Origin: Oopsacas minuta
Taxonomy: Eukaryota; Animalia; Porifera
Assembly: GCA_024704765.1 (NCBI GenBank)
Contig: JAKMXF010000299.1
Coordinates: forward strand, 124,001 to 188,000
DNA length: 64,000 nucleotides
Reading direction: 5' to 3'
The notes below the pieces were generated by a model. The model was not told where the DNA came from. It saw only the letters and a list, made by a program, of their open reading frames with translations, and searched no databases. Positions 29,932 to 42,168 of the stretch are shown here, piece by piece; within the stretch, counting starts at the first letter, position 1, and each line of letters begins with the position of its first letter. Both the position numbers and the translations under genes were made by a program.

Positions 29932-30684
29932 TTATCTTCGTCGCTTTTTTATTTTATTTGTCAATTTCAATTCTTTCCTCTCTTTGATATGCTTCTTCCT
30001 CTTCTCCTGTTTATCATGTATCTGCTTTTCTTGAAGCCCAATTCGTTCACTCAATCTTTGTTTGGAAACTTTCTTCCGCTTTTGAACTTGTTTCCATGAC
30101 TTGTGTAACTTTTTAACATCATCTTTTTGCTTTTTACCTTCTACTCTACTCATAGCACGATTCCACTGTTCAGTCTCGATTATTTCCTCTGCTTTTGATG
30201 GATCACTAACTTGTAAACTCTTCAATTCTCTCTGTTTCTTCTCCGCTTCAATGAATAACTTGGAATAGTTTTTCTTTTTAGGAATAATATCTGCTAAGTC
30301 TACATTAGCTTTGAAAGTCAGCTGACTGAATTGGACATCTTTATTGATTTTAGTTTCACTTGGTTTCTTGGCTATCTTTGGTGTCTTTTTATGTTTCTTT
30401 GTTTTAGAACTACTTTTCTGTGATTCTTTTTCTCGAATTTTTCTTTTAGTATCTGCACGTGAACCTTTCAAATCAGATAATTTGGACTGATACTTTTCCC
30501 ATAATTTATCTGGAGATAAATTAACGATCTCATTAATGTCGGTTACAGCTGGCTTCTCATTTTTCAGCTCCTTTCCTTTATCAATTTCCATATCACTCTC
30601 AGAATCATCATGCAACTTGGGAAGTGGGATCATTGTTAAAATATTCGAAAAGTAAGCGAAATGTTTGTCTAAATTTACAACCAT
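29932..30684 (-). CDS. SURF6: Surfeit locus protein 6 / Rrp14-like nucleolar protein
   Basis: N-terminal F..IL..IP (Rrp14-like); C-terminal W..AM.R.EG.K.KDD.K.L.KS...K.K....ER....KQ.KR...I..RK. Confidence 0.85.
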   Translation of the reverse strand: MVVNLDKHFAYFSNILTMIPLPKLHDDSESDMEIDKGKELKNEKPAVTDINEIVNLSPDKLWEKYQSKLSDLKGSRADTKRKIREKESQKSSSKTKKHKKTPKIAKKPSETKINKDVQFSQLTFKANVDLADIIPKKKNYSKLFIEAEKKQRELKSLQVSDPSKAEEIIETEQWNRAMSRVEGKKQKDDVKKLHKSWKQVQKRKKVSKQRLSERIGLQEKQIHDKQEKRKKHIKERKELKLTNKIKKRRR

Positions 30685-31029
30685 ACCTGTATGTTACAGA
30701 AAAAAAATCTTGAATAAAATCAATAATATGATTTTATTACAAACTGCAACATTGAGTATGTTAATGAGCCGTGATATGTACTATTAATAGACAGTAATTA
30801 ATTACATTGATAAGGACACATTATGTGTTGTAACGCCTATTTAAAAACCACAATATAGATGTGGTATGTACCATTAAATGTGCAGAAATGGTATTACCAT
30901 ACATATTAACATAATGATGTTCAAAGAAAAGATAATATCTTGTTTACATAGTCCGCATTGCAAGATATAATTCGAAGATGGCAATTGACATGGGTGATAG
31001 TTCTGATTTACATCATGTTTACTGTAGAT

Positions 31030-33733
31030 TTATAGAAATTTTGTCTTTTTAGTGATAGACACTTCCATAGGCATCTCGTCGTAGTTGAGTGAGTTCGCAC
31101 GTTTGCGGTTTTGTTCACTTATCTGTACACTTGATGGTATTTGGGGTCGTGACCGTAGCGTTAAGATCTGTTCTGGCACAGGGCTAGAAGGCTTCTGAGT
31201 GTTGTAACCACAGTTCGGACAAGGAGAGGAGGGCTGAGAACATTTCTGATCATCATAATCTCCAGTCGCTGAAGCAGGTCTGTCTGGATATTGTTGTGAC
31301 TCCTTCTTAAATTTTCTGTATTTCTTGCTCTTATTTACTAATTCTCGTCTTTCTACAATCTTTCCATACTCTATACCTTGTTCTAGGCCTCTTCCGTATA
31401 TATTAATTGCCTCTAAATAACACAAATATTACGTATAAATAATTAATAATAATAATAATTACGAATATTTAAATGTTTATAGAATTCTCAGTAAATGCCT
31501 TTACTAAATCATAGATTGGATATTTCTGGTATGATATCTGTTTTAGCTTGAAGCTGGTATCTACTAGCACATATCCTTTATACACCTTAATATTAGGAGA
31601 AATAATCTGTATTGGTAACTGATCTAGAATAGCAGTTAAGTTGTAGCCATTTGAGATTAGTTTATTGAACGATTTGACAAAGAAAGGATCATACAAGAGT
31701 CTGTTTACCAATTCAAATAATTTATTGATGTTACCGAGTATTGGATTAGCTGTTAACATTCGCAGATTGTGATGAAAACTAATCACATGAGGCTGGAGGT
31801 ATAACGAATCTTCATAGTTAGTTAAATTAACCGAAGAAGATATTTCCATAGCAAGGATGAATTTCATCGCAGGGATAAATTTGTTTGATTCATTAACTTT
31901 AATATCAATGGTTAAATTCAATGATATTCCTATTACGTCATTATAGAATGCTATACCAGGAGGAGACCCAATTGCAGCGTAGATAGTAAGATTCTTGTTA
32001 GGATAGTAACGGTATAGCGGTGGGATAAGATATTCATAGAAATTAGTGTTCAAAAGATGTAACAGTTTACTAGTTATAGCTGTGTTGGGAAGATTATACG
32101 GAGAAATAGTAAGACTCAGCAAATCAGCCTTGTAATAAGCCCAGATAGCGGAATTAATAGTGTAGTTAGATACCCATACATATAGCATATTGTCCAAGTC
32201 TTGCTGTAGTGAAGGTAATTTAGCTGGTGAATGAGGATAAACTGCTGTGTTACGAACTAAGCTAATTGTACCGTTACATTGTATTTCCATATAATTATTC
32301 GTGAATGCAGGATCGTATAGTAAATGGAGGTCAATTAAGTTTGAATATCCTGCCATTTCTAAGTGTAACACTAGATCCATTGAGTTAAGAACCTGTTCAA
32401 TAATAGAAGGCAACGTTCTATGTATTTCCTTAACGATTAGATTCTTTCCCCATGAAACAAGCAAATCAATAATATTCAATAACCAAATCTCTGGTGTATC
32501 CCCGATGAACTTTATGTGTAACTTGCTAACACTAATTACTGATTTCAAACTTCCATCTTCTAGTTCAAAATCTCCAGTCGCATTACGCTTGAGTTTGAAT
32601 GAAACCGCACAATCAAGATTGACAATATCTACTTGTACTTTCGGGTTACCGCTTATAGGTATAGGAATTAGAGTAACAATCATTTTCCCTTTCAATAAAG
32701 CGTTAGTTTCAAGATTAACTGACATTTTAAGCAAGATACTCAATCCAGATTCTTCACTAGGCTGAATAGAGAATTCACTCATATTAATCGTGTGTATTTT
32801 AACATCATGTAGAGTTATATTCAAATCATAATCAACGAAGAGATGAGTTTCTTTCAACTTAAAAGGACCAATATCTGGGAACTTAATGCTAGGAGCTATT
32901 TCACTTATCTTCTGCGTGATATCTGATATCTCGTAGAAACCACTCTTAGTGACGAGTAATCCCAAGCCTGGAGCTTCTCCACAGTAGTAACGGGAAATAA
33001 GAAAGCACTCAACAAGCAAGAGGATAAAATACATAACAATAAATGGTATTCAAATCAGCTACATGCTATATGTATAGGAGAGTTCCTATCAGTTCGAGAG
33101 AAGAACAGCTCTATCACAGATTAGAACTCATGATTAGGCTGAAATCATAAAGTTACATCATGCGGTCGTACTAGTACACTTCTATTATTACTCTAAAATT
33201 ATGTCATAATATATTAATTGTAAACAAACCTTCATAAAATGAAGTTAGTGAACTAGCTGTCTGGTGAAATAACGGCCAGAGATGTAATGACTTTTGAATG
33301 TCATTTGGAGTCCTCTTTCTCTCCTCTAAAGTATGACGTAATCATAATAATTTGAGTAATGAGTATGAACTTTGAACCTACCTGCTACTATTGATGAAAG
33401 GTTCATAGCTACACGCTGAAACGAAGTCCATAGATTCCTAATAGCAACCCCCTTCATTGTACTTAATTGCTGTCTTTCATAAGAACCTAATTCATCTTCC
33501 TGCATACTCTGTGTGTTGCCAGATATGTCAGTTTGTTCACTGAATGTATTAGTAGGCTGTCCTTCCAATTCTGTAGAAAATATATTAGAAGAAGGAGTAT
33601 CTAATCCTTGTATAGTGAGAGGGGAATAGAAAGAAGACTGAAAATCGAATGAATGTGGTATTTGTGCATCAGGTATTGAGAATTGAAACCCAGGGAATAA
33701 AGCTTGATTTGGTGACGGTCCTGAATGCGCCAT
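31030..33733 (-). CDS. HAPSTR1: HAPSTR1/C16orf72 (DUF4588) homolog; exons 33733..33382, 33325..33230, 31412..31030
   Basis: The spliced product gives RNLWTSFQRVAMNL...LHLWPLFHQTASSLTSFYEEAINIYGRGLEQGIEYGK...KKYRK and a C-terminal RKR...KKTKFL. These match the twin LWxxFQxxA repeats, the following GIxxG helix and the terminal NLS I recall for human C16orf72. Both junctions are phase 1 and in frame. Confidence 0.75.
31469..33034 (-). CDS. Secreted LBP/BPI/PLTP (TULIP) family protein, intronless, nested on the same strand in HAPSTR1 intron 2
   Basis: Signal peptide, PGLGLLVTKSG..I.FPD, MLYVWVSNYTINSAIWAYYKADLL and LNTNFY..LIPPLY..YPN give the two-barrel BPI pattern; 521 aa. Confidence 0.85.
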   Translation of the reverse strand: MYFILLLVECFLISRYYCGEAPGLGLLVTKSGFYEISDITQKISEIAPSIKFPDIGPFKLKETHLFVDYDLNITLHDVKIHTINMSEFSIQPSEESGLSILLKMSVNLETNALLKGKMIVTLIPIPISGNPKVQVDIVNLDCAVSFKLKRNATGDFELEDGSLKSVISVSKLHIKFIGDTPEIWLLNIIDLLVSWGKNLIVKEIHRTLPSIIEQVLNSMDLVLHLEMAGYSNLIDLHLLYDPAFTNNYMEIQCNGTISLVRNTAVYPHSPAKLPSLQQDLDNMLYVWVSNYTINSAIWAYYKADLLSLTISPYNLPNTAITSKLLHLLNTNFYEYLIPPLYRYYPNKNLTIYAAIGSPPGIAFYNDVIGISLNLTIDIKVNESNKFIPAMKFILAMEISSSVNLTNYEDSLYLQPHVISFHHNLRMLTANPILGNINKLFELVNRLLYDPFFVKSFNKLISNGYNLTAILDQLPIQIISPNIKVYKGYVLVDTSFKLKQISYQKYPIYDLVKAFTENSINI

Positions 33734-34452
33734 TTTGACTTCTAAAGAGCTAAATTATTTATGTAATGTATGGTTAATGTTGGCTTGTCAACTACTACAG
33801 TAATGCTGCTCCGCTAGCACATTCCAAACAAAATAATTAATTTAATAGATAGAGAATTATGCTGATTAATCCATGACCAGATATTGTGAGAAAATTGAGG
33901 ATAATTCTGGTGAGGAAGATTCCCTTTTATACGTAAAATAGTGCAAGGCAATAATATAATATTAACTAGCACAGTATTGCATAATTATATGAATTATACA
34001 ATCTTGAAATACTAAGAATTACAAGAGTCGCAGACGGTAATCATGAAAGTAGATTGAAACTACAAATTGTCCGTTGAAGCAAACAATTACGTACTAAATA
34101 TAGAATGCTGTATAATATTATATAATAATAGATACATAAAATGTATTATAGGAACTCCGCGGACGGTCATTCCTCGCCCCTGTAAGGGGCTACAATATTC
34201 TCTTATTCGTATATATCCAGAGCTTGATATTATTCCAAGGAATTCCGTGTTTAGAAATATACGTATTCGTAACTGCGTAGCATGAATGGATATAGCACCT
34301 ATATGCTGTGCAGATAAAGTTTGTAAGAGGTCACCTATAGCACTGAATTATTAAACAAACTTTTAAAACATATGTATGGGAGATGTAGAGCACTGCACTT
34401 GTCTGGAGAGCAATTAAACCATCGTATTTCTAAATAATTTCGTTAATTAAGG

Positions 34453-35115
34453 CTAATTGCAATAGTAATGAGACTTAATTATACCCTCTACTATTCCTCG
34501 GCAAATTTCCAACCCAGTATGGTAACAGTCCTGATCCATTGGTATGCACAAATCCCCTAGGCCAAACAGCACAGCATTTTTAGCTCCCAAATATAGCTTA
34601 TTTTTGAAATGTTGATAGGCACGAGTTCTACGATCAGTCCTGGGGTCTCTTCTATGCATACTCACTAACTTGTTATTAATATCCTCACTCATACACAAGT
34701 CTATCATCGGTTCTACCCAAACAGATTCATGCAAGATCCTCACATCTCCAATCAACGCTACCTCAAGCATTAGTTCACTTATCCTATCCTTGAAGCAGGT
34801 TACTATAGGAATAGTACGTCTAGATAATTCCTTGAAATAACAGCTGGTGGTTTTGATATCTGTTAGGGGATATTGTTCGGTTGTAATAGCATTTGAGTTT
34901 GATAGGAGAATACATTTTGTGTTTAAGTCTTGCTGTAAATGAGTTGTATGGCTGCATAGTGATTCGAGTATGTCATTTGTTATATAACGTGGGTTAATGA
35001 CGATAGATGTAATGCCAGTATTTGCATCAGAAAGGTGTGAAATTTCGATGGAAGGAGAACAGGAAAATGAACGAAACCGCGGTTTAAAAACAGGCTGACT
35101 CATTAATCGTATCAT
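34453..35115 (-). CDS. Divergent crotonase/enoyl-CoA hydratase-fold protein with possible mitochondrial presequence
   Basis: GITSIVIN, IPIVTCFKD...LEVALIGDVRIL...EP.IDLC and AKNAVLFGLGDLCIP align by eye with ECH motifs KPVIAAV.G...GGGCELAM.CD, QPEILIG and A.DA...GLV. N-terminus MIRLMSQPVFKPRFRSFS is Arg-rich and acid-free. Confidence 0.55.
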   Translation of the reverse strand: MIRLMSQPVFKPRFRSFSCSPSIEISHLSDANTGITSIVINPRYITNDILESLCSHTTHLQQDLNTKCILLSNSNAITTEQYPLTDIKTTSCYFKELSRRTIPIVTCFKDRISELMLEVALIGDVRILHESVWVEPMIDLCMSEDINNKLVSMHRRDPRTDRRTRAYQHFKNKLYLGAKNAVLFGLGDLCIPMDQDCYHTGLEICRGIVEGIIKSHYYCN

Positions 35116-35283
35116 ATAGCTAGTTTTACGATTCGAATTATAATTATCGGAAAGAGGCAATGATTATTCAGCCCTTATAAATAAGAAATAAAATATACAA
35201 AATTACCTCAATAATCTGAAAACTACATAAATCATGGAATCTTTGAGAAGTGTCCATGGTATAACAAGCCAATTAAAATCAAA

Positions 35284-36425
<1,142 letters not shown>

Positions 36426-37460
36426 TTGGCAGCTGTAATTAATCTACGTTACTGAAATATGAGAAATGTAGCTTATAATCTATTGTATATCATTCATATA
36501 AGCCTAATTGGTTTGTACAGCAAGTACTTGTACAATATTATTCTTATATTGATAGAGGCGAACCAAGGTTAGATAATTTATGGAGTGTTTGTATAAAGTG
36601 AGACATGATATGCCAAAAATAGAAATTCTACGATGGCATACTATGTCAACAAAAGTGAACAGTTAGTCCATGAAGCAAATGTAAATGATATACGTACGAT
36701 ATATGCCATTTCTGTGTGGAATTTTAATTATAGCAAACGTCACGAATAATAGTGCAGACATCTGAAAAATCTGATCCCCATATTATGGATTGTTTTTTAC
36801 CAATAAGGTAGCGTAAATTGTATAATCATGTTCCTAATACAATTAGAAAGTGGATGACATTAATCACACATTAGGAACATTATTATGTACTACAAAAGTA
36901 GGCAATAATGAAACAAATTGTTTTGCTTCATCATCAAAGAATAAAGTATGTTTGCAATCTTTTTGTGAAAAAATAGGCATGCTTGCCAACTTTTCCGGGA
37001 TCTCTGGATTTACATGATATCCAGGGAAATATTGGCTAGTTCTCGCTAATTTCTGACAATATAGTGAAAAAATCATATTATTTGCGTATAAATTAGAATT
37101 CCAGTGTTATTTAAAAGGTTAGTAAGTATGAAGGGGGCCCTGAGAGACACAAGGAAAAGCAATAAATGTAGGCATAATTATTTGTTATATTGCACCAAAA
37201 ATAATTCAATACAACATTTACAATAATAAATGTTAAAGTATAATTTCAAAGATAATATATTACTGGCATTAAGATGTGCTCTTTGATTGTTTGATAAACA
37301 TTCAGTTGAAAAAAGTTGAAAATTATGTTCAGTATATTCAAGACGTAAAAGTAGAGTATTGGATGGATAGATAGATAGATAGATCATGCAATCCAAAAAC
37401 GAAAGGGTATAGATGGGTTTATTAAGTTAAAACTAGGAAGGTGTGATATTTCGCGATATA

Positions 37461-40400
37461 TCAGTTGGTTTGATACCATACATTGTGAGGCCGTATAGCG
37501 AGTGGTGATATTATATGTGCTTGATTTGCTTTGACAGTTAGTAACACTGGTTGTATGATTTGTTGTGTGTTGGATGGATCTATAGGAACTGGAGAATTGG
37601 GTGGAGGTGAATGAGTTGGTGTAAGTGACTGAGTTATTTGCATAATGTCTTGAAACTGATTGCTGAATTTATGTTGCTTCTTTTCAGTGCTTGGTTTAGG
37701 AATGACAAATTTAAATGTACCATCTGTATTAGGCGACATGTTACCCGATTTATTACTGTGTTGACTTTGCAGATCTCTCCGCATGAGAGAAATACGAAAT
37801 GGAGATGCAAGGGTGTATGGCTCCGTGGGATATAATCTGTATTGGGGTGTAGGAGCTTTACACATTTCCATACTAACATTCTCTGAACCTGGTGTTGCTT
37901 TTTGTGAAAATGGAACAGCGCGTCTAGACCTGTATGTACCGAAATTAGGGTACTCTCGTCTGTAATCAGATCCATTAGACTTAATCGGAGAATCTACATA
38001 AGTTAAAATACTAAAAATATTAATTGCAAATTCCCTAAATTTGCTAAAATATAAAAAACTACTTGTAGCAGATACTTACAGGATAGTGTCGGGTATTGCG
38101 GAGGAGATGTCATAGAAGTAAAGCCTTGCTTAGAAGTAGCAGATATTAACTGTGTATTAGAATTACAGATAGGTATACCGTAAGGAGAAGTCACACAAGG
38201 ATTGAATACAGGGCTAATACCTAGAACATCTTCTTGGTCTCTTTTCTGAGTAGGTTGTGTTATGAGATAACCTGTAGGATTGTAGCTACGTGAGAGAGAT
38301 TCTTGTGCAGATGTTGCTCTCTCCTACAAAGTGTATATACCATGATTATTAACCTTAGTTTTTGTCGTACTTAGAAATGTAAGAAGCTAGAAAATGACGA
38401 AATAGAATTATTTTAAATAAATTCGAATTTGCATGAATTAAAGTCTGTTCACATTTTCGCCGTGCAAGTGAGGACAGGTTCACTCCGAGTTGTACTGCCG
38501 AAATGTCTACGTTTTTTCTTGTAATTATTGAACATGAGACATCCTCCAACAGCTGTCATGCAGCATAAGGTAAATATACGCAGCAATAACAAGATAGGAG
38601 AAAGAGGAGGCTAACATTGTTCCAATATTTACTTCATAAGTTTTGGAAATTAAAGTGAGAAAAGTTTGAAAACATATTGGTTACAGGAATCGATAAATTT
38701 CCGGACTTTATTAGCACATTTATTGATTAATTTTAAACTATGAAATCGGCCTTCACCGAATCAAATCAGTAGAAAATATCGTTGTTACAGGCTGACCAGA
38801 GAGAAATAATTAAGCATGATTCCATTCAGTGTAAACAGCAAAGTAAATCGGGTTAGACCTTACATTCAAGTTTGTTAACAACCACCTTATGCTAAATCTA
38901 ATGAATAAACTTACATAGCAAAAGTAAGTGGTTGAAAGTCAAAGTCATTGGTATCATTGTTAAATTCATTGTCCATCACTGTTAGAGCAAAAAATTTGCA
39001 TACTTCCGTATGTAAAATTAATTCTATATATATCTTAGTCAGTGAATGCTAGGAAGGCTTCGAATAAGCCAGATAGCATAAAGTCTGCATTGGTCTATCT
39101 TCAGTAGACAGACACATATTTCCAGTTCCTCCAATTATTATAAGATTTCTAGAACAATAGCTCATTATAGAGCGTTTTCTTTCACAAGAAATTGTAACTT
39201 ATTTATCCACGGCAATTGGTCTATGTGGTCTCTAGCGCCCAATTAGTAACTGTCTGTGATCAAATAATTCTCAAAAGCAATTAAACTCGTCCACTTAAAC
39301 TCAATTAACGTATCTTACACAAAACTAACTTAAATATTTACTGGGTTGCATTATTTATTAGAGAATCATATGTTCTTTTGGGATGTTTTGTTCTCTGTGA
39401 CGTAACAAGAATGCAATTAGAACAAAGAGTCAAATATGTACTTACCAATTGTATAGTGGTCCAATCGAAAACGTAGTCATAACAGAAGCCGATATTGTGA
39501 AAGAGATTTCTGAAAAGTTGTCTCATGTATATGTAATCTGGCTTATCTTGGAATTTCAGGCCGCGACAGAAATTCAAATAATCGCAGAATTCAACTAAAA
39601 TAGGACGATATAAATTATTGATAGACACTTAAACATTTTAAAAAGATACAAAACTCACAAGGAAAACCTTTGCAAAGAGATTCTATCGCAGTTGACAACT
39701 TCTTCTCAGATATTTTTTCATATTTTTGCTTTTTCGTAGCAGCCTTTAAACCTTGCCAGGGAAGAGATCCGAGATTAAAATACATCATAACATAGCCTAG
39801 AGATTCCAGATCATCTCGTCGACTCTGTTCTATTGGCAGTTAATTATAATCAAAATTGCTACATAAATCGTATTTCTACTTACCAATGCCATTATGTGTA
39901 TTGAGGCTTGCATAACGAGCTGTTCCAGTCAAATTCTTATTATCCTTATAAGGAATATGTTGATTCGTTTTAGGATCACGGAACTTCTTTGCCAAACCAA
40001 AGTCTATTATGTATACAATACTACTCTTCTTGCCTAACCCCATTAGAAAATTATCTGGCTTGATATCTCGATGTATAAAATTCTTACTGTGAATATATTC
40101 TATCCTCGATACCTACATAATTACTGAATTAAAGCTAATCTAAATTCCAAAGCTAATAATCATTAATTAAGCTCATTAAATAAAGTTCAAACCACATGGT
40201 ACGCAAGACTAAATGCTCCTTTAAAAGTGTTAGAATTATAGTAGAAATATTTATTCGGTAATGCCATGAAGAAGTGAGATTCGTAGCAGTGTTAAAGTTA
40301 GCTCAATTCAGCAGCAAACACATTATATTTCGCAAAAAGCTAACCTCAAAAATATCCAGTTGTATAAATAAGAACTTGTGTTAATATTAATATCCTGTAT

Positions 40401-41719
40401 AAAATTGATGGCGAGAATCAGATTTGTAAATTTACAGAGAAATAGAACAACAGTTTTCTTGGCTACTTCATGAATAATTTCAGTATTATCGCATTTTGGC
40501 TATCTTTTCCCATCACGATCACTTTGCCAGTGAAAGTGTAATTAAATAGAATAAATTAGTATTTTACTAGCGTGTCTGTATATATATCCAACCCGAAATT
40601 ACCTAACGAACCATCTGGTCAGCCAAAAGTAGTACAGTCTTTATTGTGAATTTTCTATTGCAAAAGTTTAACAGATCTTCTAAGCTCGGACCTAGCAGTT
40701 CCATCACCAGAATATTGTATTCCCCTTCTGTGCCACACCAGTGGATGCTTGGAATTCCAACTATGTAAATGAGAAATCTATAATTTAATGTTTACGAGAA
40801 ATATATTGTAAACGTAGATTTCACATCTAATTGCTAACAAATTAGAAATATGCTTCGATCAGTTAAAAATCAGTTTCGAGATGCAACTAACGTCGCCAAT
40901 AACTTCAATTCAGAAGTCACCTGGAAATCCAATATAATTAATTGCTCGTTATTCAAAGTATTTAAGTTACCTCCTCCTTGCATCATTCTGTAGTATTTGC
41001 CTTCTAACATAAGTTGGGGGTGCCTGGCTCTTGTGCCCTCAAGTTTGATCGCTACTTCTTCATTCGTAATTGTATGTATCCCTTAAAAAACATAAGAAAA
41101 TAAGGAATCGAGTGATTGTATTAAATTTCAATAATATATTGTTAATATTGGCAAACTATGTGTTTAAGTAAAGGAAGCGGTTAGACAAGGTTCTAATTAT
41201 CAAAGGATAATTTTCGCCTGTAATACGCATTCCATAACTCCTTTATCATCAAGATATTCTACCACAATACAACATAATCTCCCAGTAATATCACAAATTA
41301 ATGGCATAAGCAGTATAATGAAACATAGTGGGAGAGGGTATAGTAAGATAAACTGAATTGTCTGAATACACTCAGGACCACATTTCAAGTCACATAAGGA
41401 AAAAGTTGCAAGATACAAATCTAATACGGAGAAGCTAGATTTCGATATGAGGAGCTATTAAATACTATGATGATTTATCAATTCTATACTCATCTCTGAT
41501 AATTTGACTTGTTTATGAGTTCTAAACAAATAAATAAGTCAAGTTCGGGAGAATATATATATATAAAGGTGTGAAAACTGTCTACAAATGAATACAACAA
41601 CTTTACTTACCTAGATAAATGTCTCCGAAAGATCCACTTCCAATTTTCCTCCCCAGTCGGTATTTACCTTGTCCGACTAGAAATTCTCCCCCATTTTTCA
41701 GTGAATTTCTTGTTTCCAT
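37461..41719 (-). CDS. CSNK1D: Casein kinase I delta/epsilon-like with long Ser/Pro/Thr-rich tail; possible alternative last exon at 37052..36864
   Basis: [72 protein letters not shown]. Tail exons 38323..38080 and 37993..37461 join in frame. Confidence 0.92.
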
Positions 41720-42168
41720 TCTGAATATATTTGTTCTGAGTTTGTGTCGATTGTGTCGGCTAAGACCTGCGAAATATACAGAATATGTACTTGCTATCAA
41801 ATTCGAAATATGCGCCAAATTGACTTGAGCAGCGATTTATACTAGTGTGATGCCTATTCATCATACAGCGTGACTTTACATGTTAGTCCATTCAATGTAC
41901 ATGGAATATGTTCAAGCCACTATTCCTATTGTGTATTCTACTCAAATTATGATGAGATACGGCGTTGCATTATAATAAGAGGGAACTTACTACCTGTCTA
42001 TGTAAAGCAAAGTTGTGAAAATCGTTTCGCTATTTAAGGCGCTGACTACATTCTGAAGAACTAGCATTCTTACAGCATTATGAAATAATTATTTGCTAGG
42101 TATTCTGTATGTACATAATTGGTTAAAATATGTGTATTGATTATTCACAGTTTTCGCTTTGATTTAGC

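Noticed and set aside
34067-34285. 72-aa + strand ORF with a GC-richer patch
   Set aside because: Non-ATG start, no recognisable motif, only weak inverted repeats; probably non-coding.
37365-37385. (GATA)n, (AAT)n at about 51402-51420 and coding (GAT)n at about 51735 as repeat arrays
   Set aside because: Short ordinary microsatellites; no spacer-repeat structure, so not CRISPR-like.
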